From: Paecilomyces variotii
Lineage: Eukaryota
Length of the DNA stretch: 64,000 bases
Reading direction: 5' to 3' (one strand)
NCBI GenBank assembly: GCA_004022145.1
Contig: RCNU01000008.1
Of the stretch, positions 22,091-35,501 are shown in pieces. Position 1 is the first letter of the stretch. Each line of letters begins with the position of its first letter. The notes under the pieces were generated by a model, which was not told the origin of the DNA, searched no databases, and saw only the letters and a list, made by a program, of their open reading frames with translations. The translations under genes were made by a program, and so were the position numbers.

Positions 22091-25000
22091 AAGCAACTTC
22101 AAATTTTCTTTTTTGCACCCGCTACCATCCATCCCGTCAATTTAACTCGGGCTTAATTTTTTTGTCTTATTTTTACAGTGCTATTTGTTTTTGTATCTTC
22201 TATGTCATTTCATTTACGCTTAATCTATATCATGTTCTAGGTCGTTATCGATCTCCACTGTGAAATACTCGATAAGTATCTTACTTATCGATAGTTAAAT
22301 ATAATTCAGTTCCGCTCCGCCGATTCCACCGCAGTCTTACTCGTCACAAAACGGAGGCATGTCTGGAATCTGGAAGACCATGAGGTCGAGAAGAAAATAT
22401 CACGGGTAACAACAGCCATGAGCGTAGCCTTCGCACCTACCAGGTCCCTTTTTCCTCGAATAGCTGGTATGCGGGCTATCTAGCCTCACGCGTCCAGAAG
22501 TTTCATTCTGGCCCGATGTACTGTACATAATATACGTAACCCAGAGGATGTCTCACCCAAGATCGTCGGTTGAGGCATTTGTAACTGAATCACCAGTAGG
22601 AGACATTACAATCGTAGAAGGACTTATCATATTGGCTTGGGGCGCATTGTATACCCGGTTGCTCTTACGCTTATATGCTAGTTTTCTCGAAGGCCTCAGC
22701 TCGTATGGTTCCTCTGCCAGGGTAAATGCGAATCTGGAGTAAGTTACAAGTGAACGTGATGTTGGGATCATCTGTACTAGCAACGTCACCAGCAAGGAAT
22801 AAGGGGATGAGATTAAAATAATAGCAGCAAATAGACGACCGACAACAAGGAGTAATAAAAAAAAGAGGCATGTGGCGTACGTGCCGCGGAGAACTGGGTT
22901 GCATTTATACATATCATGTTGTATTCAGAAACTTCCAACATCTATCGGACGCAGTGTAACCACACTCTTCTAGGAAGACAACAATATTGGCATGGCCGAG
23001 ATCACATACGGATGTGAGACAAATGATGCGTGCTTAATAAGATGGAGTAACCAGTTAACTAACTAGTTAACAAGTTAGGTAGTTAGTTAGCTCGCGCATT
23101 ACTGTCCGAACAAGAGAGAAATTTAAATTCTATAGAGTCATACGGGTAACTCATTTTCGAGGGAAAATGGTCCTGGTGGTTCTGGATATGATAAATGTGG
23201 GGGGAGCAAGCTGATTTCGAGTGGTCAGGACTCTTGGATACAGCGCGGATATGAACCATGGATGAGAATTCAATGTTGACATTCCCGGCATCGCGGGATT
23301 TGTCGCTGCAGGTACCGCCAGCTGTCACTTGCTTCTCCACTCGGTATAACGGCAGAGAATCTCTTTCTTCCCCTTCCTTCTGCCCACTAGGAGCTAGAGT
23401 CTGACCTGGCTTCAGAGCTACATCAGTTCTGTCTAGTCTGATTAATGGTACTAGTACGATAAAGGGTTGGAAGCGTCTTAATCACGGTGACCATAGCCCC
23501 GAGGTTGATTGAGCGGTGTCGAGAAAGTCGGTGAGATGGGAATCCGGCTAAGTAGCGGGTTCCTGAAGATGAGACAGACACCGTGCTAGTGCTGAAGGAA
23601 AAGATCACTCGAAAAGCAAAAGAGCAAAACCCTTGGATCCAGGAGAGATAGAGAGCAGGGAGAATAATGGTTCAATCATGATTTTCCGGATATCAAACTC
23701 TATCCCCGCGGCAAATGTGCATGGTTGAAGCTTATACATGAGCAGGCTGCATTGGTTGACCATCCCCTGTGAAGCGTTGTTAGTATTCTAGACCACGCAT
23801 GGAATCGACCGGCCTTAATCTTCAATTAGTCCATCTAGGAGATGGGTCCCATCAGCCACCAGCTAAGACCGAAGGCGATGGATCGTCTAGTGATCGACGA
23901 AGTCTCTATAGTATCTGGCAAAAAGTCCATATCGGTGCGCGAAAAGTACCCACAGCAAGGTGACGATGGCCACAGGTACCATGGGGAGTTTTTCTTCAGC
24001 TGCAAGATTAATATATCAGCAGTGGTGTCTCCTTGCAATGGTATGCTGCTGCCCAAGCAGTGTAAAAAACTGGCAGGGAATTTCCAGGAAGACGTCTTTG
24101 GAGTCTGGTCAAGGTCGTAGGCGGAGAGCGATATTTGGCAACCGTGTAGCGTATTACCGATTCCCGACAAAGCATTGGAAGGTCCAGACTTATCATCACA
24201 ACAAATTGACTCGCATCCTTCCAAGTGATGCAACAGGTGCTGTATGATGTGTGGCCTCTTGAGGCTACGCCGTGGGATTGAATTGTGTCACGAGGAAATC
24301 ACGAGCGTTGGCTCCCACCAAAGCGACGTTGAAAACGTATACTCCTACCAAGCATCAAAAACGGAATTGCGCCCAACAATGCGCATTCAGGTCATTATAG
24401 GAGAAGATCTCTGCAGCAAAGTGTCTTCGATTGAACAGAGGTGCGAGTTCGGAAAGAGGGAAATCCAACAATTGGAACACATGTGCTGACGGGATTCGAG
24501 CTTGCGATGGCCTTGCGGCGTAATAATACCGAGTAAACAGATGAGATGATCCAAACCCAACGCTCAGATCGGACGAGATGCACGAACCGGACCGATAGAG
24601 ATACGCAATGGCAGACAGATGGCCAGAAAATGTCCTCTGATGGATCCTAGGAAGGGTTTGGATACCGCCCGGCGCCTGGGGAATTGTCCTGTGCAAGACG
24701 CCGTTGCTGGATGATCACGACGGAGGGGGGCCATTCCGGTCTGTACGCAGCGGGGACGACTGTTCACTGTTCAGTAACTTCAGGTCAGTCGCTGAGGCTG
24801 GAGCTGAAGCTGAAGCTGAACCAGGCGACAAGGCAGGACGATCGGATGACCTACTACATGTTTTTGCTCTGCTAGTTATCCTTACTGAATACTGATCGAA
24901 TTTGAAGCAGAGCATGCAGGCGGTGATGCCGTCGAGGTGTCAGCGGGCGCATCATTGATCCTGCTCTGGCCGGTAGATGCCCGAGAACGCATTCCTGCCC

Positions 25001-26424
25001 AACTGCTTGTCTCTGAAGCCGTTTGACTGGCTGGATGGTCGCTTCGGTCGTCTCATTGTTGGCCCTGCTGGTCCGGACGGTTCGTCGCAGAGCTACCACA
25101 GCCCTGCCGGGTTCCTTCGTCGCCACCAGCTGAGTTGGAGCGGTGATTCGAAGAGAGAGAGAAGAAGGCGACTACTAGTTACTGACTAACTATTATTATT
25201 CTACTCCCTACAATACCATAATAATGATGGTGATGGGTGACACTGCAACGACCCGGTTCGATGGATCGCCCTTCCAAGTTCCGCCTCGCTTAACGCATCT
25301 CCGGCTCAGCGCTGCTCTAGAGGGCTCTAGGAGTCTCTAGAGTTGCCGTACGACTGCTACTTACCATACTCTATATTGTTAATGCTGCAGATTGAAGAGT
25401 CCTACCCGATTCCCGCGATGATCCTCAACCGGTGCCTGCGGAAACCCCTGTTTCTAGACCAGTCGACCAGCCTGGTAAAATATTATTTACTCTAGAGCAC
25501 GGAGTAGAGTGGTGCGCGTCTCCTCGGCCGCCAACGGCAACAACATCAAGATCTTCTGCATCAACCCGAACCATCCGCTGGGGAGGGAAGAAGAAAGAAT
25601 GGCTCATGATTGTTCGATGCTTCCTGTTTTCCTATGTTTGCCATGTTGTGCTCAGAATCAGATCGATCCTTATTTGGATGCCCCAGTTCAGTAGGCGAGC
25701 GAATGGGGCGGTATAGTAGTACTCCTGCTGCTGCTAACGCCGATTCTTATTACTTTCTGCTCGCTTACTCGCAGGAGGGGCTGGAGATCCAAAGCGACAC
25801 CGCCCAGTGATGAGGATTCCGTGGTATTTTCCATCTTCTCCTCCTGCTGCCCTAACTTCTAAGTGTATGCTGGATCGAATCCACCGCCATTAAAGCTCCG
25901 ATCTCTCTCTCCAACGCACTGGTCAACACGACGACGGAACGGTTTGGATCTGTGTCCTTCAAGGCCGGAGGGGACACTAGGCAGGCCCTAGCTCGACGCC
26001 ATCTCCTTTGGTCTTCTGGCATCGCGCGGTTCGTCCATGCTGGCACGGTGATCAGAGACCGGGGTCATCTTGTCGCCTTCAGTGGAGTCGTGGCACCAGA
26101 CACAGGCAGCCCGAACCCGGCCCAACCAGCCCAAGAAGAACCAACCGCGTAGCCACAAACAACCCACAACCCCCTCGTTCCCAGTCTTCTTATCACCTCC
26201 CAGTCTCCCCCAGACCTCCTCGGTCTCTATCTGCATTTCTGGCCTTTTCTGCCAGCCCCAAAAGAAGGACAAAAACCCAGAGAGAAGTCGTCTGCCCCCT
26301 TGGAAATCAGGAGGATATACCCCCCCGGCTTGGATTGTGGTTGTCCTGGATCTTGTCTTTTGAACCCTCATCTTCTCTTGCTACGCCTGTGCTCTCGATT
26401 TTCCTCCACGTTTCGAGATTTCCT

Positions 26425-26455
26425 GTCTCTCTCTCTTTCTCTCTCTCTCTCTCTC
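26425..26455. repeat. (CT)n microsatellite in the RfeG upstream/leader region
   Basis: Seen directly in the sequence. Confidence 0.85.
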
Positions 26456-26885
26456 GTCCTCTCTGGTCGTGGCATAGTGGTGGAAAAGAGTGGACTGAAC
26501 ATATCCCTGGACCGGCTGTGGACTTCTTCCCCGTGGACAGATAATCCTCCTGGACATCATCAACTGTGACCAGCACCGGAGAACAACCCAGAGCCTGGAC
26601 TTAAGCTGCAGTTTTTACCTGACCGGCGTGAGCGTATTCTGCACGTATATGCTCGTGTCACCCTCGGATTGGCCTTGGATTTGATCAAACCCTGGATTTG
26701 CCTGGACATACAGTCTCCTAGAGCTGTGATTCTGTTTCTATTCTCTTCCACAAAAAAACAAAGCAGAAAAATTTTTTACAAACCATCATCCTCTCTTCTC
26801 CAAGGACTCGGACCCGCCAATTACTGGATATTCTCTTCCCCTGGAATCTTCCGTGCTCATTGTTGATCCCTTATCTGTGGACAAG

Positions 26886-27878
26886 ATGACTGGACGCCAC
26901 GGATATGATGGGCGCCCGGAGCGCCAGAATGAATATTTTATTCCAGGTGATGGAATCAGCCGGGAGGTCATCCAGGCCGACATCTGTCGCTATCTGGGAA
27001 ATGATGCGCTTGTAAAACCAGGAACGCATAATGTCTGTGCTCCGATTCTTCTACTTTCCAAGGATTCCGTAGCCTGTCTCGTCCGTGTCGCTGACCGAGC
27101 ATAACTTACAGGGCCAAAAGGGTTATCTGATCCGTGCTTACCGCAATCTCACCTCCGTACGTATCTCATTCCATTCCGATGCAAACAAGTTGGATTAGCA
27201 AAAGAAAGGAGAGAATACTGACACAGATGTGCTATGTAGGAGATGATTGCGGATCTCAAGGCTGACTCTGCTCGGTGGGAAGCAGATGTTTCGCGCAGGG
27301 CAGACCTTGGCTATCCCAGAGGTAGTTATGTGCAAGATATGAACGTGTCTCCAAGCCCTAACATGCCTCCAGCATCATATGCTGCGTCTGCCATTCATGA
27401 GATGCGGCAGCAGGGTTCATCTCCTCAGGCCTTCAGTGCAGCTCCTCCTCAGCCGCCTCACATGGACCCTTATATGCAGCCGGCCCCCTATGGAGGTCCT
27501 CCGAACCCTGCCTATCCGGCACCATCTTCTTACTCACAGCCTCCTTATTACCCTCCTCCCCAGAATGCGTACGCTGGCCAGGCACAACCGCCTTCGTCTA
27601 CTCCGGATATGCACCCCTCGTACACATATACGAGCACCGCGGGTTATGCCTATGAACCCGGGAGGAATAACGCCCCTAGGTATCCTGGACCGGGTTATGA
27701 GAATGATGCGGACTATGCTCCTGTCACCTCGGGGATAGCTTATCCAGCTACTACTGCCCCGGACCCACGGATAACAATGGATCCAAGATACACTCCGGAG
27801 TCGGCTTACTCGGATCACAGAGCCCAGTCTAACCGGCCACAACAAGCTAGAGGGGACAGAGACCGTCCCCGTCGTTAG
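26886..27878 (+). CDS. rfeG: RfeG-like putative transcriptional regulator, 276 aa (exons 26886-27032, 27112-27156, 27240-27878)
   Basis: RQNEYFIPGDGISREVIQADICRYLGNDALVKPG...GYLIRAYRNLTSEMIADLKADSARW, followed by a P/Y/S/Q-rich tail. Confidence 0.88.
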
Positions 27879-29826
27879 ACATGCTCATTTATTCTCCGCT
27901 CTGGGTCATGAGTTAATAAAATGAAATGCAAATTCCAATCCGGTGTGTGCCTGGAGGTTCTTTTGCCCTTCTTGGAGACAGTACCGACTCCTGGAATTGA
28001 GGACCCGGAGAAGAGATTCCGGAGTGTCCATGCAATCAAAATACCTTGACCGCCCTTTGCGGATCGCATCTTCCACCCACTTTTTATGGATACCCATATG
28101 GATTCAAGATTGATTTCCAGATCTGTTGCGATGAGGAGCCGAAGCCGGGAACTGATGATCTTTTGACACCAATGCGAAGCAGCATTGCCGTTGTTAATCG
28201 ATTTGACCTGGATTCCGTTGATTTTGCACATTGAAAAACACCAGCTGCAGCCTATTCATTACTTAGGCATCTGCTTTCTAATGAATCACCCTGGTCTCCC
28301 TAACCGGTTGTGATGTGGTCGACTGACTAGGAGCTTTGTGTGTTGCGAATGGCTTACGAAAAGGTGGCTTTCTGTTTTGCCTTTATAATGACATCTCCAA
28401 ATAATTGCTTCCTGTCACCTGTTACCTATTTTCCTGCGCCTGGGGGGAGTTCAGTACAGGAAGAGTCTTTCGTGTTGGTTCGAGATACGCTTTTGATACG
28501 TCCTTGCGGCGATGTGGATTCCTATCTATGGACTTTCCCCGTTTACATATTCTGGGATGCATCTGCCTGGAGCTTTGAGGTCTGTTTCACACAGCGATGC
28601 GACTGATAACTTAAATGTAGATAAATGCATTCTCGGCGTTTTTGCTTGATCAATGACGCTTCTTGTGTTTTTCATCTTTTTTTTTAAAAAAAAAAAGAAT
28701 ACTTTTTCATCGAATCTAGAGCCCTGTCCGTCGGTCATGATTTTAATTGTCTTTGGCAATTTCTGCCTTGCTGAGAGTTCTGCACTTGATAGAATCTGTT
28801 CCAGATGACGAATTGCAACCATGACGTATTTTGAGACTCCATTTACTCCCTCCACAATGGTAGATTTCCAACCCGTTAATTTTACTGCTTCGTTCCATAG
28901 ATAAGGGGTAAAAGTAAAGCGCTCCACTGCTCTATCGAGGAGGGCCAGGTCTCAGGAGACATCTGCGTTGGCATGTCTATCATGCCTCGTAACCCACCGG
29001 ACCATCCACCCTTTGTTGAGAACCCTCCCCGATTTGTCTTCTAACTCATTGCTCCTGCCTGTTATCCTGCTAAGAATATAATAATCATCCCAATTTGCGA
29101 CGCATTCTACACATGCCTTACAGGACTTAATGCCATGACCATGAGCATGCAAAGTATCTCTCCACTACTACCCACGGAACGAATAACAGAATGTCAATCA
29201 TTCGCTATGAGAAAGGTGAATACAGTAGGACGAAGGAGATACTTTCGTTCAAACTCAATAATTGATACTTAGTAGTTAACTCTATTCTGTAATACATGAA
29301 TGCCCTTTCAAATTTCGTGGGTCATTTCAAACAGAATCATATCGAGCAAGGATAAGAGAAGAAAAGCGGACAGCCCACACTCAGGTACGTAATGCATGAA
29401 TGAGAAATGAGCATTTGTAATTTTGGGACAGGAATCTGTGGTTTGTATGAGATATGCAGTTGAGATCACCTAATCTCGATTTGAGTTGGGAGTTAGGAAT
29501 TGAGGAAGGAAAAAAAGACTTGGATCTCTTCATGGGGAATGGGAATGGTAATGAAGATCCTTGGATTGCGGATCAAAGTGTAGATTACATGCATTGGTTG
29601 TCTTTCTGGAAAAGTAATGGGGGGAAGGTCCGTGATAAGAAGAGGCGACAAGGGAAGGGGAAAGACATCACGCTCGTGGAAGTTTAGGGGAATTGGTCGT
29701 CAAGTTAGACATCAGAGAAAAGAAAAGTCAAGTAAAGAGAAGGAAACTCCCTGTGGAGTGGTTCGTGAAAATGGAAGAGGCCGTTTCTTCGTCACTCCGA
29801 AATGGAGTCGTCATGCAGTGTGGCGG

Positions 29827-31341
29827 TCAAAGGAAGACTTTCTCTTCGTCGTCGTCTTCTCCATCGTCGTCCTCGTCGGAGGCCTCATCCATCTCCTCAT
29901 CGTCGTCATCTCCAGAAGAACTTCCGTCCGCAAGACTTCCAGTACCAGTAGGAGGCTCGTTTTCACCATGCTCTGAATCCCGTTCGACCTTCGGCTGCGG
30001 AGAAACGAGGATGTGTTCCGAGCCATCGTCGTCTGGCTCGTTTTCTGCATCACGATCCGTGAGCTCTTCATCGCCCGACGGGTTCTCCAACGACTCGGGC
30101 ATGGTCCAGACCATCTCCGATTGCTTGACATCGCAGCAAGTGAGATGCGGTAGCTGGCCATACTCCGTGGTGTCCAGCTGACTGTTGTCGACGAGCAAGT
30201 CGGCCACGAGCGGTTTTACATCCGCCTTCAGAGCGTCGAGGTTCTTTTGTAAGATGCTCATCGCCTTGCTGCTCATGGGGAAGTACAGATGGAAGCGCGC
30301 TTGGTCTTGAGTGGTCAGGTACGAGCGGCCAGCAGCGCCAATGGCACGGAAAAAGGCAGCGCCTCCGTCCTTTGCAGCGCGAGTGCGTCCCTCCATCGCC
30401 TGTTGGCAGTACCACTGCCTATAGAAGCAGACGGCCATCCACATGTACACGTCATTGGCGTAAGTAGCGCGGTAAATGTTTTCGCTTGGCCTACGCTGAA
30501 GGAACGCCGGGTAGTGACCCATAATCCGCAGTTCGATCGCCTGCATCTTGAGCTGGAGCGCGTTGTACTTCTTCTCACAGAGTTTGCGGACGTTCGGATA
30601 GAGAACAGCGCGTTGCTCTTTAGTCAACGAGTTCCATTTGCCCACGACGTGAATAACTGCGTCGCGGAAAATGGTAGGAGAATGGATCCTGTCTCCCAGA
30701 TTGGCCCAGGGGATCGGCTGAGAGGCAATAGAACGCCAGAGGGTCTGTCCCTGACGGAGCAAGGCAATGTCAATGGATTGGCGGATGATTTCGCTCGCCT
30801 CGACGCTCTCCGCGGTCTCGAGCAGGCCGACGCAGCTTCTCAATACGTTGGCCATGTCGATGTCGCTGATATCAACAGTTCTGTTGTAGAATGCACCGAG
30901 GAGGTTGTTCCAGTGCTTAGCTGCCATATCAGAGGGGAAGCCTCCGGAGATGTAGGGAAAGCTCATGCGCGCCTTTGGAGCACGTCCAAACTTATCAAGT
31001 TCCTGTGTGGTCACGGTCAGTTGAGCTCACCGGCGGGGGTGTTTGTTTTGCGGTTCAGTATCGTGTCGACGACCTGGGGAGTGCCTCACTTTCATTTGGA
31101 ACACGCCATTTGGTTTCGCCGGCGAATAGGTAAGCTGCAAATGGAACCGGAGTGTATTCCCCGCCCGTTTTGCCTGTGTAGATAACTTCGCTGCATGGTT
31201 CTCTGTCAGAACTGAAGCAAAGAAGCCTGAACAACGTCTTAAAACAGAGGCATGCAGTCGGTATATGTGCTCAGAGGATACCACAAGTGTGACATCCCCA
31301 TCAGTAAATATCGGAAATGAAGAGGTATCGGCGTGCTCCAT
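29827..31341 (-). CDS. Fungal BTB/POZ-like domain protein with an acidic C-terminal tail, 475 aa (exons 31341-31090, 31002-29827)
   Basis: N-terminal FPIFTDGDVTLVV...YRLHASVLRRCSGFF is a typical BTB start. Frame-preserving GTGAGG...CTGAC...CAG intron. D/E-rich tail. Confidence 0.82.
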
Positions 31342-32058
31342 GATAGTATGTTGTGAAAAAAAGATGTTGAACAGTTCTGAACGATGTTGTGTTTAGAATC
31401 AGATTGATACGCGGTGTAGGTGGAGAAACATGTGAAGTATCCAGAGCAACGTTTTGGGACGAAAGAGATAACAATAGACCCAACGACGCTGTCTCGTGAC
31501 CACCTTTATAGGTGATAAATTGATGTGCATATGCCTTTCTTGTGAACTAGCGTAGAAAAAATGGAAGAAGCCTTTAGATAGTCACAAAGGAAGCTTTTGG
31601 TGAACCTGCAGTGACTAGTGAGCTAGAGGTGGTCAGATGCTGCCTATAAGACCATAGTCTCGACTATAGCTTGGCAATACACCAGAGAATACTGACGTGG
31701 ATTAGAAGAAAAAGATAAGGGAAAAGCGCTTTTCTTCAGTGCAAAAACCATGTTATAAACAAATATACGGAAACACCGCACCACATAGCGTAGCCCATAC
31801 TCCGAAACGGAGATCAGGTGGTCGCTCCGGGTCAATCGCTGGATAGACGGACGGAAAGAAAAAAGTGATACATTTGATGTACATCCCTTGAGGATTAAAA
31901 AAAGGACCAAATTCCCATCGCAAGGACTGCGTCTCTTCCTCGCTGCCGTTAGGCCGCTGGAGGACTGAACGGCATCATGAACTCCTGCTTTCCCAAATCA
32001 TCCTTCTCCGCTAGAGTTGCTTCGAGACTATATCCCTCGTCCTGCCTCCAGGGAGCAT

Positions 32059-32418
32059 CTACTCGTCGTCAAAACCTTGAGGGATCACTCGGGGGCCCTT
32101 GGGAACTGGAGTTGGCGGAAGCCGCACGTTAGCTTGTCGAACTATATTGTGCCGTAGCCATTGAATGGAGTAAATGCGAGGGAAATAAATGACTGCTGCT
32201 CTTCAACGGGCTGATAGGAAGAGGATCTCCTTACTGGGATACGTCAGAGGAATAGGCTCGGGGTCGACATCGCCGAAGAAGCGTCTGATGGGAGGGAGCG
32301 TCACGAGCGCGACAGGGCCCATTGATCCGACAATGATCGAGTAAAAGATAGCAGGCTTCTCGTAAGATGCCCAGCGGAGGTAGCGCAGAGGCGTCGACCA
32401 GAAGTGAGGGGCCGACAT
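32059..32418 (-). CDS. NADH:ubiquinone oxidoreductase 9.5 kDa accessory subunit (N19M/NDUFA3-like), 76 aa (exons 32418-32235, 32105-32059)
   Basis: MSAPHFWSTPLRYLRWASYEKPAIFYSIIVGSMGP...PIPLTYPIPKGPRVIPQGFDDE*. Confidence 0.92.
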
Positions 32419-32848
32419 GGTGACTGTATCGGAGAAAGAGAGAGGCCTGGGAATCCGGATATTAGCGGGGATTGAGCGAGATATGCGATTGTGACGCCGT
32501 CTCCGGTCCGGCGAGAGAGAGACTGATGACGATGGGTCAAGACAGCACTGCAGGACGTCGATACTGACCCTTGATGGTGCTCGTGAGGCGTATGCTGGGC
32601 TCCAGGCGGTCGCGGTCGCACTGAGAGGGGAAGAATCGAGGTTTGAAGTTGTTCGGGCGCCGCAGCGGGTATCCCGATCCGCAAAGCAAGCAAAGTCTTG
32701 GCGTCTCGTCCAAACACGTCGCCCGTTCCCGCATAGTTCCAACAGCTCTGTCAAGAGAGAAGAACATTGTTTGCCAAACAATACTTCCCCCTTCTTGTTC
32801 GATTCTCTTCCATCTTGTCGTCCGCTGCCCCGCGCGGAGATGTTCAAG

Positions 32849-34420
32849 ATGCGATGGTTCCTTTCTTTTTTACTTCTGTGCTTCAGCGGCGCAGTGCATG
32901 CGCTGAGTACTTCGGGGAACCGTCTCTTGGTGGTGCTGGAGGAGGCTGCGGAGAAGGACGCCTACTCGACATTCTGGAGCGATCTTGAAGGTCAGTTATT
33001 GTTGCTGGAGACTGCCTGGTATATATGTAATGTTATTCTAATACATTATTAGCTCGAGGTTTCGATATTTCGTTCGAATCGCCCAAGAATGATAAGCTGT
33101 CCCTCTTCCATCTGGGAGACCGAGCTTACGACCACCTGCTCATCCTCCCTCCCAAGTCAAAAGGTAACAGCACCACTCTATCTCTTATGAGCGATATGTC
33201 ATCAATGGACCCAATTGACTTCTCTCGTAGGCCTGGGACCCTCATTGACACCAAAGGCCATCATCGACTTCGTGAACAAGGATGGTAATGTCCTCCTCGC
33301 CCTCTCCGGCAAATCGCCCACCCCCAGCTCTTTGAGCTCGCTTCTGCTCGAGTTCGATCTCCATCTCGCGCCCGACCGTTCATCTCTTGTTGTCGATCAC
33401 TTCAACTACGATACTCTCTCCGCGTCGGAGAAGCACGATGTTCTCCTCCTCGAGCGGCCAGGTGCCTTGAGGCCGGATACCAAGCCCTATTTCTCCGGTG
33501 ATGGTGTTTTGGCGATCCCCAGAGCAGCCCCGCAGACTCTGGGAGTCGAGGGTTCATTGATTGCGCCTATCTTGCGGGCGCCCGAGACTGCGTACAGCTA
33601 TAACGTCAAGGAGGAGTCTGCTCCTGTGGAGGACCCGTTCGCGACCGGTACCCAGTTGGCCTTGGTCTCTGCGCTACAGGCACGGAACTCGGCTCGATTT
33701 ACGGTCCTGGGCTCTGTCGAGGCCTTGCAAGACAAGTGGTTCTCGGCAACGGTGAAGAGCCCGCAGGATAAGAAGGAGACCACCACTGCCAACCGGGAGT
33801 TTGCCAAGCAGCTCACTGCTTGGACCTTCCAGGAGGTTGGTGTGATCAAGGTTGGAAAGATTGAGCACCGCCTGGTTGAGGAGGGCCAGGAAGGACCTCT
33901 GAACCCTACCATCTATCGGGTTAAGAACGACATTGTGAGTCAACGTCTCCTGTGGCTTTCCCCTCGTACATACTGACAGTTGCCTTTTTAGTCCTTCAAC
34001 ATCGAATTGTCTGAATACGTCTATGACAAGTGGGTTCCCTTCGAGGTCCCATCAGAGGATGCTGTGCAACTCGAGTTCACCATGCTGTCCCCATTCCACC
34101 GTCTCAATCTCCAACCCGTCCGCCGTACCGACAACAGCACTCTGTATGGCGTCTCTTTTACCGTGCCCGACCAGCACGGCATTTTCTCCTTCCGCGTGAA
34201 CTACAAGCGCCCGTTCCTCACCAACGTTGAAGAGAAGCATGAGATCACCATCCGCCACTTTGCGCACAACGAGTATCCCCGTAGCTGGAAGATCAGCGCA
34301 GCGTGGCCCTGGATCTCCGGTCTCTACTCTGTCATTGGAGGGTTCCTCGCCTTTGTCGTTGTCTGGCTCTATTCGGCACCATCGGCTTCGGCGGAAGCTA
34401 GGATTAAGAAAGTACAGTAA
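32849..34420 (+). CDS. WBP1: Oligosaccharyltransferase beta subunit (OST48), 461 aa (exons 32849-32990, 33053-33163, 33231-33934, 33992-34420)
   Basis: Signal peptide, LVSALQARNSARF, QLEFTMLSPFHR, VPDQHGIFSFRVNYKRPFLT, C-terminal TM helix and KKxx ER-retrieval end (IKKVQ). Alternative ATG at 32840. Confidence 0.95.
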
Positions 34421-34904
34421 ATCAGTGATTGTAAGATTAATGTTTCGTATTAAAAGAGCTATGACATGATCCTTGCTCAGAATTAGAGATGAGCCGTCTA
34501 GTTTGGTTATTATCGTTTTCTTTTTCTTTCTCATGGGCATATCAATGCTATCTTTCGCAACCGGGAGGGATAAGATTATGCTATAGATCTGTAAGAGCCA
34601 GATAGACGAGGGACCGGTGGACCCAAAAGAGGAGTGTATTTGATGGTATATAATACAGACGATAGACGAATCTGTCCAGGCATAGTTACATTGTACAGTA
34701 CTTTCCCACCCACGCCTTATTTAACCCCAAGCCAGGTATTGAACTCCTTATCCATGCAAATGATAATACCAACAAATGGTACAAGTAGCGGTTGTTTTCA
34801 TGTCCTTCCTCCTTGATTTCTGAGCGTATCCGCCTCATAAAAAAGTCGTCCCAGACAGAGCCACATGTGCCATGTCAATGGCCCGGAAGCAGGCACGATG
34901 CCTT

Positions 34905-35501
34905 CTATAGACCTCTCGTCTTCTCCGGGTCCATTTGCACCTCATCCCCGTTGATCTTCTTGACGGACTGGAAGGCCGGTTTACCCGCGTACAGCTGGTA
35001 TCCTTGGTTGCTCTTCTCGCCTTCGACTTCCTTCGAGACGCCAATGGGCTGGTTTCCACGGAAGCGCTTGCGCATATCGACCATACCGCGCCTAATGCAA
35101 CGAGAAGGTCGACGGTTAGTCTGAAGTCCGATTTTATTTTGGTACTGGCGGGAAGAAAATACTAATGGAGGATAGACGTACTTGCACTCGCTAAGACCCT
35201 TTTGGAGTTGTTGGCATTTCGTGGGTAGTTCACTGAAATACGGGTCACTGAGGCATTCCCGCGGGGTGTGCCGTTGTACCATGATGCACTCAGATTCCTG
35301 GAGACATTGTGCCAGGGCTTGTCCTGTAGATTACCGTGAGGATCAGCGAGATGCAATGAGAAGACACCCGAAGGAAGATCAAACATCGAATAGCCCTCCG
35401 GCGGTCATTTCGATCTCCGGCCATTGCCCACCGGGATCTTGTCTTGGGGATAGATGTGAGATACGAGGCTACTCACGGATATCTTTGCACGAGCTAGGCA
35501 T
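34905..35501 (-). CDS. PET191: Cytochrome c oxidase assembly factor Pet191/COA5 (twin CX9C), 117 aa (exons 35501-35477, 35323-35182, 35091-34905)
   Basis: MPSSCKDIRQALAQCLQESECIMVQRHTPRECL...ELPTKCQQLQKGLSECKRGMVDMRKRFRGN. Confidence 0.93.

Noticed and set aside
22300-26000. Numerous 60-130 aa ORFs between tRNA-Gly and rfeG
   Set aside because: They overlap on both strands, show no motifs and give no consistent splice model. Treated as upstream regulatory DNA.
26008-26569. 178-aa and 89-aa ORFs upstream of rfeG
   Set aside because: They run through CT-repeat, pyrimidine-rich leader sequence and have low-complexity translations.
28526-29152. Two in-frame minus-strand ORFs separated by a single TGA (possible readthrough or pseudogene)
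   Set aside because: Non-ATG starts, no recognisable family, and the frame runs through a T/A homopolymer. Needs BLASTx before any claim.
30289-31185. 298-aa plus-strand ORF
   Set aside because: Antisense shadow of the BTB-like gene with no recognisable motifs. The same applies to the many antisense ORFs over TAD1, ERG24, the lipase and URA4.
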